This document shows, in pieces, positions 30,145 to 32,000 of a stretch of 32,000 nucleotides of DNA (its first letter is position 1; the number at the start of each line of letters is the position of its first letter). The DNA lies in NCBI RefSeq assembly GCF_000011805.1, contig NC_006840.2; one strand, written 5' to 3'. The position numbers and the translations under genes are program-made. A model generated the notes under the pieces. That model did no database searches. It was not told the origin of the DNA and saw only the letters and a program-made list of their open reading frames with translations. This DNA is from Aliivibrio fischeri ES114 (lineage in GTDB: Bacteria; Pseudomonadota; Gammaproteobacteria; Enterobacterales; Vibrionaceae).

Positions 30145-30852
30145 ATGAAAAAATTATTTACTACATTAGCTGTTCTAAGCGCTCTTTCAGCAACGCCATT
30201 CGCTTCTGCATCAGAATGGGGTTATACAGGAGATACAGGCCCTAACCACTGGCATGGCGTTTGCCAAACAGGCGTAAACCAATCTCCAATTGACATTACC
30301 AATGCCATTGAGAGCGAATTAGAGCCGATTACGTTTAATTATGGTCAGGCTGGTGAAAACATCGTTAATAATGGCCATACGGTGCAGGTAAACATAAAAA
30401 GCCCACAATCAATTCAAGTTGAAGGTAAGACATTTAGCCTACTGCAACTGCACTTCCATGCTCCAAGTGAGAATTTAATTGCAGGACACTCATATCCGTT
30501 AGAGATGCACTTAGTTCATGCTGATAAAGATGGAAACTTAGCCGTTGTTGGTGTGATGTTTAAAGAAGGCAAAGCAAATCCAGAACTTGCTAAAATCTGG
30601 TCGCAAATGCCTGGATCAGGAGAAGTCACTCTTGATAAGAAATTAACACTAACGAACTTATTACCAAATGATCAAGCCTACTATCGTTTTAATGGCTCAT
30701 TAACGACACCACCTTGTTCTGAAGGAGTAACTTGGCTAGTAATGAAAAATCCTATTGAGATTTCATCTGAACAATTAGCTCAATTTAGAGAACTCTACAA
30801 CGGTAATAACCGTCCAACCCAGGCTATTAATGCTCGCCCTATCTTAAAATGA
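30145..30852 (+). CDS. Alpha-class carbonic anhydrase, secreted/periplasmic
   Basis: Signal peptide MKKLFTTLAVLSALSATPFASA|SEWGY. Alpha-CA hallmarks are SEWGYTGDTGPNHW, QSPIDI, the zinc ligands in LQLHFHAPSE and EMHLVH, and GSLTTPPCSEGVTWLV. Confidence 0.9.
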   Translation: MKKLFTTLAVLSALSATPFASASEWGYTGDTGPNHWHGVCQTGVNQSPIDITNAIESELEPITFNYGQAGENIVNNGHTVQVNIKSPQSIQVEGKTFSLLQLHFHAPSENLIAGHSYPLEMHLVHADKDGNLAVVGVMFKEGKANPELAKIWSQMPGSGEVTLDKKLTLTNLLPNDQAYYRFNGSLTTPPCSEGVTWLVMKNPIEISSEQLAQFRELYNGNNRPTQAINARPILK

Positions 30853-30861
30853 TAACGAAAA

Positions 30862-30896
30862 TGCCGTAAATCCACACAAAATGCTCGAATTTACGG
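30862..30896 (+). terminator. Hairpin downstream of the carbonic anhydrase gene (weak terminator candidate)
   Basis: Stem gccgtaaat (30862-30870) pairs with atttacggc (30888-30896) around a 17-nt loop. There is no T-run afterwards. Confidence 0.3.
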
Positions 30897-30924
30897 CAAA
30901 CAGTACTTAATTTTAAAAGAGTGC

Positions 30925-30953
30925 TTTACATGAAGGTGGGGAACGCCTATTAT
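30925..30953 (+). promoter_or_regulatory. Promoter of tRNA-Ser copy 2
   Basis: -35 TTTACA (30925-30930), 17-nt spacer, -10 TATTAT (30948-30953), discriminator tcaccgcg. Confidence 0.7.
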
Positions 30954-30963
30954 TCACCGCGTT

Positions 30964-31054
30964 GGAGGGATGGCTGAGTGGTCGAAAGCACCGGTCTTGA
31001 AAACCGGCAAGGGTTAATAGCCCTTCTAGGGTTCAAATCCCTATCCCTCCGCCA
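30964..31054 (+). tRNA. tRNA-Ser (anticodon UGA), copy 2
   Basis: Sequence identical to copy 1 over all 91 nt, by eye. Confidence 0.95.
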
Positions 31055-31061
31055 CTTTCTA

Positions 31062-31089
31062 AGCCCTAGCAGAAATGCTGGGGCTTTTT
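31062..31089 (+). terminator. Terminator of tRNA-Ser copy 2
   Basis: Stem agccctagc pairs with gctggggct (one G-U pair) around the loop agaaat, followed by ttttt. Confidence 0.75.
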
Positions 31090-31351
31090 CGTATACGCAA
31101 ATAAAAATTGCTTTCAAAAAAATAAGTCATAAAGCCCTTCTCTTTGTTGGTAATAATCAAAAAGCACTGCCGCTTATCTAAATACCTACTATTCAAGTAA
31201 CAACTAAAAATCGATATAAACAAACACATAAAAACAATAGATACTTAAAAACCGATCTCTTATTTTTTGTTCAACATCAAATCAATCTTGCCTAACAATA
31301 AAGCGAAATGTTCGATTTTAAAGCAAATGATGCGTAATTTAAAAAGAGTGC

Positions 31352-31380
31352 TTTACATGAAGGTGGGGAACGCCTATTAT
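31352..31380 (+). promoter_or_regulatory. Promoter of tRNA-Ser copy 3
   Basis: Same TTTACA-N17-TATTAT arrangement, 427 bp downstream of the copy-2 promoter. The discriminator has one change (tcatcgcg). Confidence 0.7.
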
Positions 31381-31390
31381 TCATCGCGTT

Positions 31391-31481
31391 GGAGGGATGG
31401 CTGAGTGGTCGAAAGCACCGGTCTTGAAAACCGGCAAGGGTTAATAGCCCTTCTAGGGTTCAAATCCCTATCCCTCCGCCA
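31391..31481 (+). tRNA. tRNA-Ser (anticodon UGA), copy 3
   Basis: Identical 91-nt tRNA sequence. Confidence 0.95.
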
Positions 31482-31488
31482 CTTTCTA

Positions 31489-31516
31489 AGCCCTAGCAGA
31501 AATGCTGGGGCTTTTT
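31489..31516 (+). terminator. Terminator of tRNA-Ser copy 3
   Basis: Same hairpin (agccctagc/gctggggct) and T-run as at 31062-31089. Confidence 0.75.
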
Positions 31517-32000
31517 CGTATCTATAGTTCAATCATACGTTAGAGCATACTTATTCGTAAGTATCATCATTAACTACAGCTCCCAACACCAAAGATAATG
31601 AGGTTTTGCTCTACGTTATTACTTTACTCTCACTTATTTTCTTTAACCTAAATAATCTATATTCCAGCCTTTACTTATATCACTCCCTTACAAATATAAT
31701 CACTATATATTAATCATTATATTTTCTATCAAAATAAGAAAACAATTAATAACATTCGCAAAATTTAGTTTTTAATAATTATATAGAAGCTATAAATTCT
31801 CTTACAAATTTAAAATTGATAGATTTAATTTAATTAGAGTAAACTCGAAAAAATTAACAACTCCCAAAGAAAGATAAATAAAGTCAAAAAGCCCCAGCTC
31901 AATTATAAATAAATTAAATATATTATTAATTTTACCTAAGATGATCACATCATGAATCTAACATTAAAAAATACAGTTTTTATATCCACATTTTCACTGT

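Larger units (their letters stand above)
30908..31095 (+). repeat. Direct repeat unit B (promoter + tRNA-Ser + terminator module)
   Basis: Near-identical to 31335-31521, with one indel in the A/T run upstream of the -35 and one substitution in the discriminator. The period is 427 bp. Confidence 0.9.
31335..31521 (+). repeat. Direct repeat unit C (promoter + tRNA-Ser + terminator module)
   Basis: Second copy of the ~188-bp module. The 239-bp spacer between the units (31096-31334) is unique in this window. Confidence 0.9.

Noticed and set aside
30978-31181. 67-codon ORF in the track.
   Set aside because: It is read straight through tRNA-Ser copy 2 and its terminator, so it is an artefact.
31951-32000. 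ATG-initiated frame running off the right edge (MNLTLKNTVFISTFSL).
   Set aside because: Only 16 codons are visible, there is no SD, and the composition is AT-rich. That is insufficient to call a gene.

Overview
This is an AT-rich gamma-proteobacterial chromosome segment. Protein sequences and gene order look Vibrionaceae, possibly Aliivibrio or Photobacterium, though that is an inference and not a database result. Almost all of it is core housekeeping DNA with enterobacterial-type synteny blocks: fadR-nhaB-dsbB, sppA-ansA, and yejK-yejL-yejM followed by tRNAs.

Genes, left to right:
- polB (partial), preceded by a coupled nucleotidyltransferase-fold gene
- an NhaC-family transporter behind a lysine riboswitch
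- hns, a MipA/OmpV outer-membrane protein, fadR, nhaB, dsbB, yecA
- an orphan MSHA-type pilin, dusC, a sensor diguanylate cyclase, a divergent FAH-fold protein
- topB, fadH, sppA, ansA, asd, nhaC
- a lipobox protein that also has a C-terminal TM helix
- yejK (ndpA), yejL, yejM
- a tRNA cluster: tRNA-Ser(UGA) and tRNA-Asp(GUC), then an alpha-carbonic anhydrase gene, then two more tRNA-Ser(UGA) modules

I found no CRISPR array, IS element, integrase, phage gene or recognisable defence system, and no convincing novel multi-gene system.

Items worth a second look:
1. The TTG-started NTase-fold gene with an N-x-D catalytic motif, coupled to a TTG-started polB.
2. The lysine riboswitch and its translational-type expression platform on the NhaC-family transporter.
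3. An SOS-box promoter for topB nested in the fadH terminator.
4. A perfect hairpin burying the dusC ribosome-binding site.
5. The doubly anchored coiled-coil envelope protein.
6. The carbonic anhydrase gene bracketed by direct tRNA-Ser repeats, followed by an AT-rich ORF-free tract at the window edge.

All homology statements come from my own reading of the translations against remembered family sequences and motifs. No searches were run.
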